A stretch of DNA of 64,000 bases from Ginglymostoma cirratum (taxonomy: Eukaryota), in contig JAHRHZ010000062.1 of the NCBI GenBank assembly GCA_024137785.1, positions 25,584,533 to 25,648,532 of the forward strand. Direction: 5' to 3'. A model generated the notes under the pieces. That model had not been told where the DNA came from. It worked only from the letters and a program-made list of their open reading frames with translations, and ran no database searches. A program made the position numbers and the translations under genes. Positions 52,486 through 64,000 of the stretch are shown here, piece after piece (position 1 is the stretch's first letter; the number at the start of each line of letters is the position of its first letter).

Positions 52486-52778
52486 TCAAGTTAATTTCAG
52501 AGTGAAATATCTGCTGATTGGGTCCATCTCAGTGATAATATCAACTTGGAAGTGACAATTATCATCTTCTTGCTTTGGTGTGTAAGTTAATGCAGTGGTG
52601 AAACCTACACCAGTTTCAAATGATTTGTTTTTAATGCAGTTGGTTTCATCTAAAGGGTAAATATCTTTGTACCAAGTGATGTGCGAGTCTTCTAAAGCAG
52701 ATCCCGTAACGGTGCAGGACATCGTTACAGGTTGGCCAGCTTGAGGATGTGGAGTCTTGCAAGTTATCTGTGATACCC
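52486..52778 (-). CDS. Gene B terminal exon: divergent Ig domain
   Basis: Acceptor ataattttacag|GG. VSQITCKTPHPQAGQPVTMSCTVTG..ITWYK..TALTYTPKQEDDNCHFQV..FTLKLT then TGA. A minus-strand AATAAA lies at 52392-52387. Confidence 0.8.
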
Positions 52779-55700
52779 CTGTAAAATTATAGGGTGGAAT
52801 AAAAATTGAGATAGGTAAAACTCTTAATAATATAACAAATATATAGATTTTACTTTAATTACGAGAAGGAAAACAATGATATTCAATAGATTCAGCAGCA
52901 CTCTGCATTCCTACACATTCCTACTGCATTCCTACAAGAAGGAATCCTGTTCTTCAAACTGGGAAAACTGAGTGTGAGATTAAGATGTTGTTACCTCACC
53001 CCAGATGAATAGTTAAAAGCCACATGACTAGAATTTATTCATCTGGGCAAAAATCATGGGTTACACAAAAAAAAAGGGCATGTTTCCAACATGAGAAATT
53101 TTTACTAAATTTGAAACAATTATGGAACATAATATACTTTGGGAAGTGACAAAAAGAGAGCTGCAGAAGATATGGAGGATAGTTAGCATGAAATCATCTA
53201 TTAAGCAAAAGGTCACTTCATGGCACAAAATGCTTCAGTCACCTCCAGGTCAGTAAGGTCCAAGAAGATTGTGCATTCATGGCTATCTACTATATAACAA
53301 CAGCTTCCACTAGTTGTATTAAAGTCTATAAATTGGGAGAAAGCATCAGTAGTCAGTTAAGTCCCAAAAACTGAAATATGCCATTTCAATGTGAATGTAG
53401 CTACATAGATTCTGACTAAAGCACTTTAGGTGATACAGCCAACAAGTTAGAAGCACAACATGAGATCCATTACTACTGTTTCCGCTAAAACTGATGAGTA
53501 CCATTTTAAAGAGTCTTTTTCTTTTATTTGTCTAGATATACCTTTAAGTATGATTTCAGTGCATCCAGACTTGTAGTGTAGAAACGAGCATTCATTTTCT
53601 TTCTCCCATGCATCAGGGCAGAGACATCCATCAGAGACTGCATGTGAGGGGAGTGCATTGAGCAATGAACAGGTCACACATGCAGTGAAAAGTTACTGTT
53701 ATATGGATCAGGATTCCTTGACCCTTTGCTCAAAGCCAGAATAATCTAGCAGTTCAGTTTTAAATTGTGTGCAGATATAAGACAAGTTCAGAATTTGAAC
53801 TGGAGAACTGTGTTGCCAACTTCTGAATGAACGCCATATACAAGTTCACTGACGACACCACAGTAGTGGGACAGATATCTAACAATGATGAGTCAAACAA
53901 CAAAAGGGAGATAGAAGGCTTGGTGACGTGGTGCAATGAAAACAATCTGTCTCTCAATGTTGGCAAAACTAAAGAAATGATCATGGACTTCAGAAAGAAA
54001 GGAGGAGAACACACCCCATCTACATCAACAGAACTGAGGTTGAGAGGGTGAAGAGCATCAAGTTCCTCGGAGTGACGATAACCAACAACCTGACCTGGAC
54101 TTTCCACTTGGTCGTGACAGTCAAGAAGGCACGACAACACCTGTTCTTCCTCAGGCAGCTCAGGAAATGTGGCACGTCCATAAGGTCCCTCACCAACATC
54201 TACAGATGCACTATTGAAAGCATACTATCCGGGTGCATAACGACCTGGTATGGCAACTGCTCTGCCCAGGACTGTAAGAAACTACAGAAGGTGGTGTGCA
54301 CAGCCCAGACCATCACGGAAGCCAGCATTCCATTCATGGACTCCATTTACATGGCTCACTGCTGCAGAGAGGCTGCCAACATCAAAGACCCATAGCACCC
54401 CGGTAGTAAACTCATACAACCTCTTCCATCAGGCAGAAGATACAGAAGCCTGAACATACGTACGAGCAGGTTCAGGAACAGCTTCTTCCCAGACGCTATT
54501 AGCCTGACGGATAGACTCTCTAGCCTCAAATAACGCTGATCTTGTTAAAACTGATCTCGCCTAGCACACACCCTGTGCAATGTAACACGTATGCCTCTGT
54601 CTAAGTCTTTTTAATCTGTACATCCTTTGCTTACTATGATCTGCCTGAACCGCTCATAAACAAAGCTTTTCATTGTATTTTGGTACATGTGACAATAAAT
54701 AAATCGATTATATGCACTGTAGGCCACAGTGAAATATTTAGAGTCGGGCCAACATACTAGAGACCACGGTAGCAGTCAGCAGTTTCCTCATGGTTGCTTA
54801 GTTTGCTTCAATAGTGCTGTTGGGTATCAGACTGGGGAGGGATTTGTTATACATTTTTATTCTTCCCATTATTACTGTTAAGTCTGCTTTCTTGCAGACC
54901 AGTGGCCGTGTACAACCATGACCCTTTCTGGTACCATGACCATGACAGTTCAAACGGGTAGCAAGAGATGCATATCTTCCTGCAAGCCACTGATTAATTG
55001 ATTGATTGATTAATTTATTGTCACGTGTACCAAAATACAGTGAAAAGTTCTGTTTATGAGCGATACAGGCAGATCATAGTAAGTGAAGGATGTACAGATC
55101 AAAAAGACTTAGACAGAGGCATACAGGGAACAAAGCGATAATGAATACAGTACCAAACCAGGGAGCCTACAGCAGGTCCAAATCAGAGACTTACTGCCTA
55201 GCTGATAAATTAAGCTGCATTTACTTCAATGCAAGTAGACCGACAGGTAAGGCAGACAAGCTCAGAGCACAGTTGGGAAGATGGGACTGGGATATTACAG
55301 CTATTATAGAAATGCGGCTCAGGGATGGACAGAACTGGCACCTCAATGTCCCGGGTAGAGATGCTATAGGAAGGACAGAAATGGGGGCAAGAGAAGTTGG
55401 GGGGGGGGTGTTTTTGGTTAGGGATAACGTTACAGTTGTACTGAGGGAGGATATTCCTGGGAGACTGGCAGTGAAGTATATGGATGGAACTTTAAAAAAG
55501 AAAGGGATGATCACCTTGTTGGGATTGTATTATAGGGCCCCCAGCAGTCAGCAGGAAATTGAGAAGGAAATATTCGACATCTGTAAGAATAATAGGGTTT
55601 TAAAGGTAGGATATCTGAACTTTCCAAACACAGACTGGGACTGTTAAGGGCTCAGATGGGGAGGAATTTGTTAAGTGTGTACAGGATAACTTTCTTATTC

Positions 55701-58700
55701 AGTAGGTGGATGTACATACGAGAGAAGGAGCAATACTTGCCCTTCTGGTGGGAAATAAGGCAGGGCAAAGTAGAGGTATCAGTAGGGGACCACTTTGGAA
55801 CAAGTGATCATAATGATATTAGCTTTAAAATAGTTATGAAAAAGATAGAACTAATCATAAAGTTAAAGTTCTAAATGGAGTAAGGTCAATTTTGACTGTA
55901 TTAGATAGGAACTTTCAAACGTTGATTGAGAGAGGCTATTCGAAGGTAAAGGGTAAGTTCGGAAGTGGGAGGCCTTTAAAAATTAGATAACGAGAGTTCA
56001 GAGACAGTATGTTCCTGTTAGTGTGAAGGGCAAGGCTGGTAAGAGTAGGGAATGCTAGATGACCAGAGAAATTGAGGCTCTGATCAAGAAAAAGAACGCG
56101 GCATATATCCGGTTATAGACAGCTGGGAATGAGTGAATCATTAGAGTATAAAGGAATATACTTAAGAGGGAAATCAGAAGGGCAAAAAGGGGACAGGATG
56201 CAGCTTTTACAAATAGAGTTAAGGAGAATCCAAAGACATTCTACAAACATATTAAGGGCAAAAGAGTAACTAGGGAGAGGATAGGGTCCCTTAACAATCA
56301 AAATGGCTGTCTGTGTGTGAAACCACAGGAGATTGGCGAGATGCTAAATGAATATCTTGTATCATTGTTTACTGTGCAGAAAGTCATGGAAGCCAAGAAG
56401 CTTGAGGAAGTAAATAGTGACGTCTTTGACAAGTGTTCATGTTACAGAAGAGGTGGTGTTGGAGGTGCTAAAACATATAAAAGTTAGATAAATCCCTGGG
56501 ACCTGATCAGGTATTTCCCAGAATTTTGTGGGAAGCTAGGGAAGTGATTGCCGGGCCCCTTGCTGAGAAGTTTATATCGACGACAGCCATGGGTGAGGTG
56601 CAGGAAGACTGGAGGTTGGCTAATATGGTGCCATTATTTAAGAAAAGCTGTAAATAAAAGCCAGGGAATTAAAGACCAGTGAGCTTTACCTCAGTGGTGG
56701 GTAAGTTGTTGGAGGGGATTCTGAGGAATAGGATTTAGATGCACTTGGAAAGGCTAGGACTGATTAGGGATAGTCAACATGGCTTTGTGCATGGGGGATC
56801 ATGTCCCACTAACTTGAATGAGTTTTATGAAGTGGTAACAAAGAAGATTCATGGAAACAGATTGGTAGATGTTGTTGTGACTTCAGCAAAGCATTTGACA
56901 AGGTTCTGCACAGTAGACTGATTAGTAAGGTTAGATCACATGGGAAACAGGATGAGTTAGTCAATCGGATACAAAATTGGCTTGAAGGTAGGAGACAGAG
57001 GGTGGTGATAGAGAGTTGCTTTTCCGACTGGAGGCCTGTGATCAGCGATGTGATCGGTGCTGGGTCCACTGCTTTTTGTAATTTAAATAAATGATTTGGA
57101 TGAGAATATAGGAGGTATGATTAGGAAGTTTGAGATGATACCAAAATTGGTGGTGTAGTGGACAATGAAGGTTATTTCAGAGTACAATGGGACCTTGATC
57201 AGATGGGCCAATGGGCTGAGGTATGGCAGACGGAGTTTAATTTAGGTAAATGTGAGGTGTTGCAGTTTGGTAAGCAAAACCAGGGCAGGACTTATACACT
57301 TAATGGTAGGGCCCTATAGACTGTTGCTGAATAAAAGAGACCTAGGCGTGCTGGTGCATAGTTCCTTGAAAGTGGAGTGGCAGGTAGACGGGGTAGTGAA
57401 GAAGGCACTTGGCATGCTTGCCTTATTGGTCAGAGCACTGAGTGTAAGAGTGGGATGTAACGCTGCAGCTGTACAGGACATTGTTGAGTCCACTTTTAGA
57501 ATACTGTGTACTATTGTGGTCACCCTTTTGTAGGAAAGGTGTTGTTAAACTTGACATGGTACAGAAAAGATTTACAAGGATGGTGCTGGGACTGGAGGGT
57601 TTGAGTCATAGCGAGAGGTTAAATAGGCTGGGGCTGTTTTCCCTGGAGCATCAAAGGCTGAGGGGTCAATTTATGGAGGGTTATAAGATCATGACGGGCA
57701 TGGATATGGTGAATAGGTTAGGTCGTTTTCCTAAGTTGGGAGAGCCCAAAACTAGAGGGCAAAGGTTTAAAGTGAGAGGGGAAAGATTTAAAAAGGACCC
57801 AAAGGGCAATGTTTTCCACACAGATGGTGGTGTGTGTATGGAATGAGCTGCCAGAGGAAGTGGTGTAGGTGATTACGAGTAAAGCATTTAAAAAGCATCT
57901 GGATGGGTATATGAATAGGAAGGGTTTAGAGGGATACGGGCCAAATGCTGGCAAATGGGACTAGGTCAGATTGGGATGTCTGGACAAGTTGGACAGAGGG
58001 TCTGTTTCTTGTTGTATGACTATGTCTCTATAAATAGTTCACATTAGTACAAGATCCAGCTAACTCCCACCACCTTGTTAATTAGGCAGCACCTGGATCA
58101 CTACAGGTACATGTATGTACACACTTTACAAGTTTTGATTAAAACAATGGTGGCATTGAAGTTGTGTGCTATTCCTTCTCATTCTTGGCTAAACATGGAA
58201 AAGGTCATTACTTCCACAGGTGAGCAGATGTCATGGGTTTCCACTGTACACTCACTAACCTGATTTCCTTTCCCTAACAGGATTCTTACAAAATTAAAAA
58301 TATGTCGTGCCTTTTCTGACATGATAGATTCATGGCAAATTACAGAGAATAAGGCATTAGGAACAGCAAACTATACTCTATCCAAAATTACTGAAGAAAT
58401 AAGAATATTCGTGTTTGGCATTTTTGTCTTTTTCCCAGCAGCTAGCAACCCTCGACAGTAACTGTATTTGAACACAGGTACAATTGTGTGTAATTAGGGC
58501 AGTGATGAAGAAAACGGGATGCTGGATTGCATCACATCATCCCTGCTTCACTTTAAAGGACCACCCATTAGATCCATTCTAATAGCCAGAAATGAAGACA
58601 GCACTCCTCTCCATCGGAAATGTTATATCTAGATTATTTTGTGCATAGTCTGAAATCCTACACTGACATCACTATGGATTACAACCAAACATGCACAAAA

Positions 58701-61700
58701 CAAAAACTTTCAAGATGGACACTTTACCTTCATCTTTTGGTAGATTTGAATAAGGCGATTCTTCATTTTCAATACCTGAGCACAGAAAGAGTTAGTTAAA
58801 TGAAGTACATCCTTAGAATATTGGAGTATTAAGTAACTCTTTTAAGAGTAATGAATCCGAAGTCATCACAAATTAACTATTCTCAGCAACAGCAATAAAA
58901 TCTGTTTATCGACATAAAGTTTCAATGTCAAGTAAACATTCAAATGAATACACTGGATTCAAGTAACTCAACGTGACAATTATAACATTGTAATGAAATG
59001 AAAACCAAAAGAACTGCAGATGCTGTAAATCAGAAACAAAAATTGCTGGAAAATCTCAGCTGGTCAGGCAGCATCTGTGGACAGAAATCAGAGTTAACAT
59101 TTTGGGTTCAGTGGCCTGTCCTCAGTTCTGTGAAAGGGTCACTAGACCTGAAACATTAACTCTGATTTCTCTCCACAGGTGCTGCCAGACCTGCTGAACT
59201 TATCCAGCAATTTCTGTTTTTGTTTGTGATTGTGATGAAATGCTTTGTTCTCAACTCATCTCTAACAAAATGGCACTCACCTTTAAGGAATAACCAGTAA
59301 GTTTTCTCTTGAACTTCTTTTGTTGCTGGATGCGACACCTCACAGCTGATGACACACTTATGATCCTTCTCAGTTACAACAAATTCTGTGCTTGTAACTG
59401 ATGAGAAAAGACCATCCTCCGCAATTTCAGCAGGTTGGTTAATCACTTCTGAACAAGGTGTCTTGTTTTTAAACCACCTTACTTTGACTGCAGCAGGAGC
59501 GTATTTTGTCAATGTAACACTGAGTGTTAGTTTCTGATTAACTTCAGGAGAATTTGGATCAACATTAATAGAAGACAAGGTAGGAGACAAAGCTGAAAAA
59601 CAAATAAAAGATTTATGAATATTTGGCTATTGAAGCAAATTCATTAATCTTCAAGAGGAACAATATAAAACGAAACTAAATGTACATTTATGGTCTGCAA
59701 TGTAGACAACATCTAGGAAAGAAGAATTAATGATCATGTTCAAAAGATTCTTTTGAAAACAACACTGATCTTAGAAGTAAAGATAGTGGTAGGGTATTTC
59801 AATATACCACTTTATGGCAGCAGTGAGAGACATTTTTACCTATAAATATCAAAGGAGCTCCCAAAGAATAAAGTTCACTGCATTAACACACACAGAAAGT
59901 ACTATCACAGAAAAGACAGACCAAATAAAACCTGGATTCAAAAATCATAATATTAATTATTTTGTCCAACTTGTATTAAGAAGATCCATATTAAAAGTTA
60001 TTTTTCAGAAGACTGACGAACTGAGGCAAAAACAAAAATGTTCAGAACTTCTATGATTTAGTTTCGATCAATGGAATTACTTCAAAAACTGAATTTATTT
60101 GGATATATTTTTAAAACAGTGAACATAATGATCTCATATCAAATATCCTTCTTTTATGCATCACCAGTTAAGGTTTCTTCTACAATCTGTTGAATTCTTG
60201 AGAATTATGGAGTTATTGAATTCCAATTTGCTCGCTGTCATTTATCTTGAAATAGTTTGTTTCATGCCATTCCCCTATCTCTAATGATGAAATCAAATTA
60301 ATTCTCTTTGACCTAGTCAGCCACAATTAACAATGACTTGGAACTTTTCAAATTTTATAAAGAAAAGGGTCATGGTAAAACCTACCTGGAAGTATTAAAA
60401 CTGTCCTTTTTATAACTGGAGCCTTTAATTTAATATGGCACACTTGGAAAGAAAATTCTTGATTAAAATTTACTGCAGTTGGTATTATTCGTAACTGAGA
60501 TGTCACAGAAAAGCATCCATCTTTCTCCTTCACAGGTCCTTTAACTGTGATTCCCTTGACTACCCGGTTGCCATTTTGTTGCCAAGCTGCATCAATGTCT
60601 TGTGGGAGGAAGTTAGTGATGCGACATGTCATAGTAAGGTAACTACCATATTTGGCTTCTGGTGGGTCAAGTTTGATATCTTCAACGTATGGCATTCCTG
60701 TTGAAATTGAATGAAACCACAAGTGATTACAAACCTTATAGCATCATGTTTAAGCATCATCAACAAATATTTGAACAGCTGTCTCCCCAGCCTTTCCCAC
60801 CAAAACTTGGTTGGTGAAACGGAACATGTCACAAATCTACCATTCTGTAATGTGGGCCCTTCCAAAGAAAATAATGAACTTTCAAAATCTTTATGATACA
60901 AGAAGTTTAAGCTGCGACTAACAAATCAGAAGCAATGATGGAATACCACAAATTAGGGCCAAAGGAGCCACTAAAATGGATTTGGAGGTCACTGGCACAC
61001 AAGGAATGTCAGTGAAAACACTCTCCAGCCGGTGTTGAATTCATCCTCAAAATAAAAGCAATGTCATCTTCCTGTTAGAGAGGGTATTGCAGCATTTGAC
61101 CAACAGTAGAAACATCAGGCGGAATCTTAGATGGGTCTGAGTGACATGTGCAATGGTGAGTTGTGTAGCAGAATCAGGCAAGAAGTTCAATGAGGGACAG
61201 TCGGGTGCAGACTTGATGGGCTGAATGACCTCCTTCTGCACTGTACGGATTCTATGAATCTATGTTGTTGTTTGAGGTTAACAGTTAGAGAAGTAAAATC
61301 ATAACACAGCAGATGATTTTACGGCATTTAAAAAAAACCTGGAAATGTGATTTTTGTATTCCTCACAGTTTGGGAAGTCTTGGAGACATCTTTGTTCTGG
61401 GATTTAGAATAAAATTAGTTTAAAAGTACTTAGTGAATGCTGGAAGATTGTGAAACTCATTCACATTAAAGAAGAAACTTTAAATAAGGTATCATTAATC
61501 CTGAACATGTTAAATTATTATGCAGATTGGTGGTTCTTAGCAAGATTTTCTGGTTTCAACTTAATTGACTCTTTGCTAGTTGCAGATTGGATTTCATGTG
61601 GTTTATAGCTCACTAAGAGATGATAGCCAAAATAGATGACACTTAGACAGATCTGCACTCTAAACAGAGTATAAGCTAACACGATCATTCACGTATTTCG

Positions 61701-62955
61701 GAGTGGGGATGGCTTAATCTCAACTTGGACTTCATGGGAGAACAGAAGATGGAAGATTGAGCGGCTTGAAACGAATGGAAAATCTACAATGGTCCCTTGG
61801 AAATTTTGTGTTACAAAAGGGAAGAACAGCTTAGCTTCAGAGTAATGAAAAGTAGAATAAGGGACTGATGCATCCTTGGTCAAGAGAAGGTAAATTAATG
61901 TTTTATTGAGGAGAACAGCTGAAACCAAGAAGACATTTCCAGAAAGCTGAGGCTTACTTATCAGTGGTCCCTACAGAAGTAAATAACTTTAAAGATTGAT
62001 TAATCTCAGAGGATAATTCCTAAGGGCAATAAGAAGTAAACTGGAGTGCACAATATACATAGTTATAAAACATTGTCATGTCTGCTTTGTTTAATTTGTT
62101 CCATATAAAATTTGCTTTGTTGGTTTGTGTAAAAGTGAAATCTTGTGATATATTCTACGGTACAGTAGCTCAGTGGCTAGCACTATTGCCTCATAGCACC
62201 AGGGACCCAGATTCAATTCCAACCTTGGGTGACTGTGTGGAGTTTACACATTCTCCCCACGTTTGGGTTTCCTCCGGATGCTCCGGTTTCCTCCTGCAGT
62301 CCAAAGAGGTGCAGGTTAGGTGGACTGCCCATGCTACATTGCCCACAGTGTCCGGGAATGTGCAGGCTGTGGGGATCAGCCATGTGAAATGCAGGGTTAC
62401 AGGGATCGGGTAGGGTCTGGGCAGAAGGGTGGGTATGGACATGATGAACCAAATGGCCAGCTTCCACATTGTAGGGATTCTATGAAATGGATCACTAGAC
62501 CTAACTTAATGGACTAAACAACCTTCTTTACAAAAAATAAGTCAACTTAATGAACTTGAAACATCTGTCCATTCTAAATAATGTTTCAACATTCTGTAAT
62601 TGCTACGCTGAAATCTTGTTGGAACCAGGCTTACCAAATATTGTCAAAACATGACTGGATGAGACAGGCTTATTTGAAGTCCCAGTGTGAAGAATTTGCA
62701 TTTTGAACTCTTTTCCGTGGTCCACGTAAGTTGGAGTGAATGTCCTTTTGGACCATCGAGAGTACGACCCAGATGATCCATCGAATACAATGTCACCCAT
62801 TTCAATTCCACCTTCAGTTTTCTCAAACCCTTTGAGCCAGAATATTTCGTTGTCTTTTGGATAGAAATCGTAAGCTTTACAGAAAAGGGTTACAGGTTTT
62901 CCTACCTCCGGGTGAACAGGATCAACTGTAACTTCTGTTAGCTTTGGTGCTAGTA
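52486..62955 (-). CDS. Gene B (5'-partial; last four exons): multi-Ig C1-like paralogue of gene A
   Basis: Exons 62955-62635, 60697-60386, 59592-59281, 52778-52486; GT-AG, phase 1, ending TGA. The first three align one-to-one with gene A exons 8-10. The 5' part lies beyond 64000. Confidence 0.82.
53810..54705 (+). mobile_element. Rex1/Babar-clade LINE 3' fragment
   Basis: KFTDDTTVVG..WC..NNLSLNVGKTKEMIMDFRK / KFLGV..YRCTIESILSGCITTWYGNC are typical Rex1/Babar RT C-terminal motifs; 3' end GTGACAATAAATAAATC. An inverted copy of this 3' end sits at about 55010-55130. Confidence 0.85.
55200..58030 (+). mobile_element. Degraded near-complete CR1 ORF2 (APE endonuclease + RT)
   Basis: CIYFNA..WDITAI..LYYRAP..NFPN and HFGTSDH (endonuclease); SQHGFV..SCPTNL and QKRFTRM (RT); many stops and frameshifts. 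Lies in the last intron of gene B. Confidence 0.9.
59281..59592 (-). CDS. Gene B exon: C1-like domain, paralogue of gene A exon 10
   Basis: Acceptor tgtttttcag|CT, donor AAAG|GTGAG, 312 nt. PTLS..TLSVTLTKYAP..VRWFK..EIAEDGLFSSVTSTEF..ISCEVSHP. Confidence 0.9.
60386..60697 (-). CDS. Gene B exon: C1-like domain, paralogue of gene A exon 9
   Basis: Acceptor atttcaacag|GA, donor CCAG|GTAGG, 312 nt, the same length as A exon 9. Ungapped alignment, 37/104 identities by my hand count. Confidence 0.9.
62156..62484 (+). mobile_element. tRNA-derived HE1-type SINE
   Basis: TAGCTCAGTGGCTAGCACT..GATTCAATTCC head; GATGCTCCGGTTTCCTCC core; GGGATTCTATG tail. Confidence 0.82.
62635..62955 (-). CDS. Gene B exon: C1-like domain, paralogue of gene A exon 8
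   Basis: Acceptor tttgtctgcag|TA, donor TTTG|GTAAG, 321 nt. PEVGKPVTLFCKAYDFYPK..EFKMQILHTGTSNKPVSSS versus A PEAGKEATIICHAYGFFPK..EFKVEVLHFPTSHKPSRSS. Confidence 0.9.
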
Positions 62956-63105
62956 CTGCAGACAAACAAAATAAACAGTATTTTTGAGTTTGTATTAATG
63001 AAAATGCCACTATTTTTAAAGATCTCAAGTATCCCTTAATAAATTGTCAACCGTTGTTTTCTTGAACAAAGTGTTGCATTTCACCGACCCTCATTTCCAC
63101 CCCCA

Positions 63106-63150
<45 letters not shown>
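63106..63150 (+). repeat. (CA)n microsatellite abutting a 100-N gap
   Basis: CA run from about 63106 to 63150, then N 63151-63250. Confidence 0.95.
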
Positions 63151-64000
63151 NNNNNNNNNNNNNNNNNNNNNNNNNNNNNNNNNNNNNNNNNNNNNNNNNN
63201 NNNNNNNNNNNNNNNNNNNNNNNNNNNNNNNNNNNNNNNNNNNNNNNNNNGTTGCTGGAAAAGCTCAGCAGGTCTGGCAGCATCTGTGAAGGAGAGGACA
63301 GAGTTACCGTTTTGTGTCCGGTGACCCTTCCTCAGCGGTGACCCTTCCTCAGAACTGAGGAAGTGTCACCCGACCTGAAACGATCACTCTGTTTTTTCCT
63401 TCATAGATGCTGCCAGACCAGCTGAGCTTTTCCAGCAACTTTGTTATTGAATATTGTGAGGCCATTCAAGCCTAATTTTCCACATACTTGGAGGTTGGAT
63501 TTTGTAACGGTGGCATCATGGTTCGTTTTGCGAAGGGGTTATAAAAACTAAATTAGGTATGACAGTCCTTCCAAAACCGTGATATAACCCAGTATATGTC
63601 AGACAGGCAGGGACCCGAGGAGTACCAATTGATCTTTGTATGCACTGTGCTGCTTTAGGACACAGAGCTTAAGTATTGAAATTATTTCAATGAAGCTATA
63701 ACCTTTTTTTTATTCTACCTCACCAGAGCTTATCATTCAAAAAGGTTCTACCCAAGTCTTTCTTTCTTATTTTTGTTTGCAATTATTTTGGGCTTTTGTT
63801 TTAATTCTTGTATTTTTAAACAACAAAGAATATCAAATGGAATAGATTTCATAGGCAGCAAACCAAAACAACTGCAATTTCCTCAGGAACTGAAAATAGA
63901 GGCAGAGGATGGCCATAAGTAAAAAGCTCATTTAGAGAGTTATTATACATTAGAATACAAGAATGATTCAACGAAGTACAGCACTGAGCCACAAAAGATG

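Noticed and set aside
38083-62955. Genes A and B being one giant gene
   Set aside because: The 52778-52486 exon ends in TGA with a nearby AATAAA, and gene A has its own Kozak ATG, signal peptide exon and CpG promoter.

Overview
Vertebrate genomic DNA, almost certainly a shark, judged by HE1-type SINEs, abundant CR1/HER1-type LINEs, a Rex1/Babar LINE and Penelope-derived palindromic repeats. It is AT-rich with two assembly gaps (46082-46481, 63151-63250). The ORF track is mostly repeat noise, but splicing the Ig-like ORFs by hand on the minus strand gives two tandem genes. Gene A is complete in the window: 10 coding exons, 38155->5789, every intron GT-AG and phase 1, CDS 2943 nt = 980 aa. It encodes signal peptide - IgV - IgC1 - TM - six further C1-like Ig domains - stop. 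The V+C1 ectodomain closely resembles B7-H6 (NCR3LG1, the NKp30 ligand), but the predicted cytoplasmic tail is an array of six Ig domains, four lacking one canonical cysteine. A CpG-rich promoter with a perfect ISRE/IRF site lies about 90 bp upstream of the ATG. Gene B (last four exons only, 62955->52486) is an anciently diverged paralogue: three exons match A's domains 4-6 one for one with the same cysteine losses, and it has one extra terminal domain. The main finding is this putative interferon-inducible B7-H6-like receptor family with intracellular Ig arrays. Exon boundaries were read by eye; no searches were run, so novelty is unverified.
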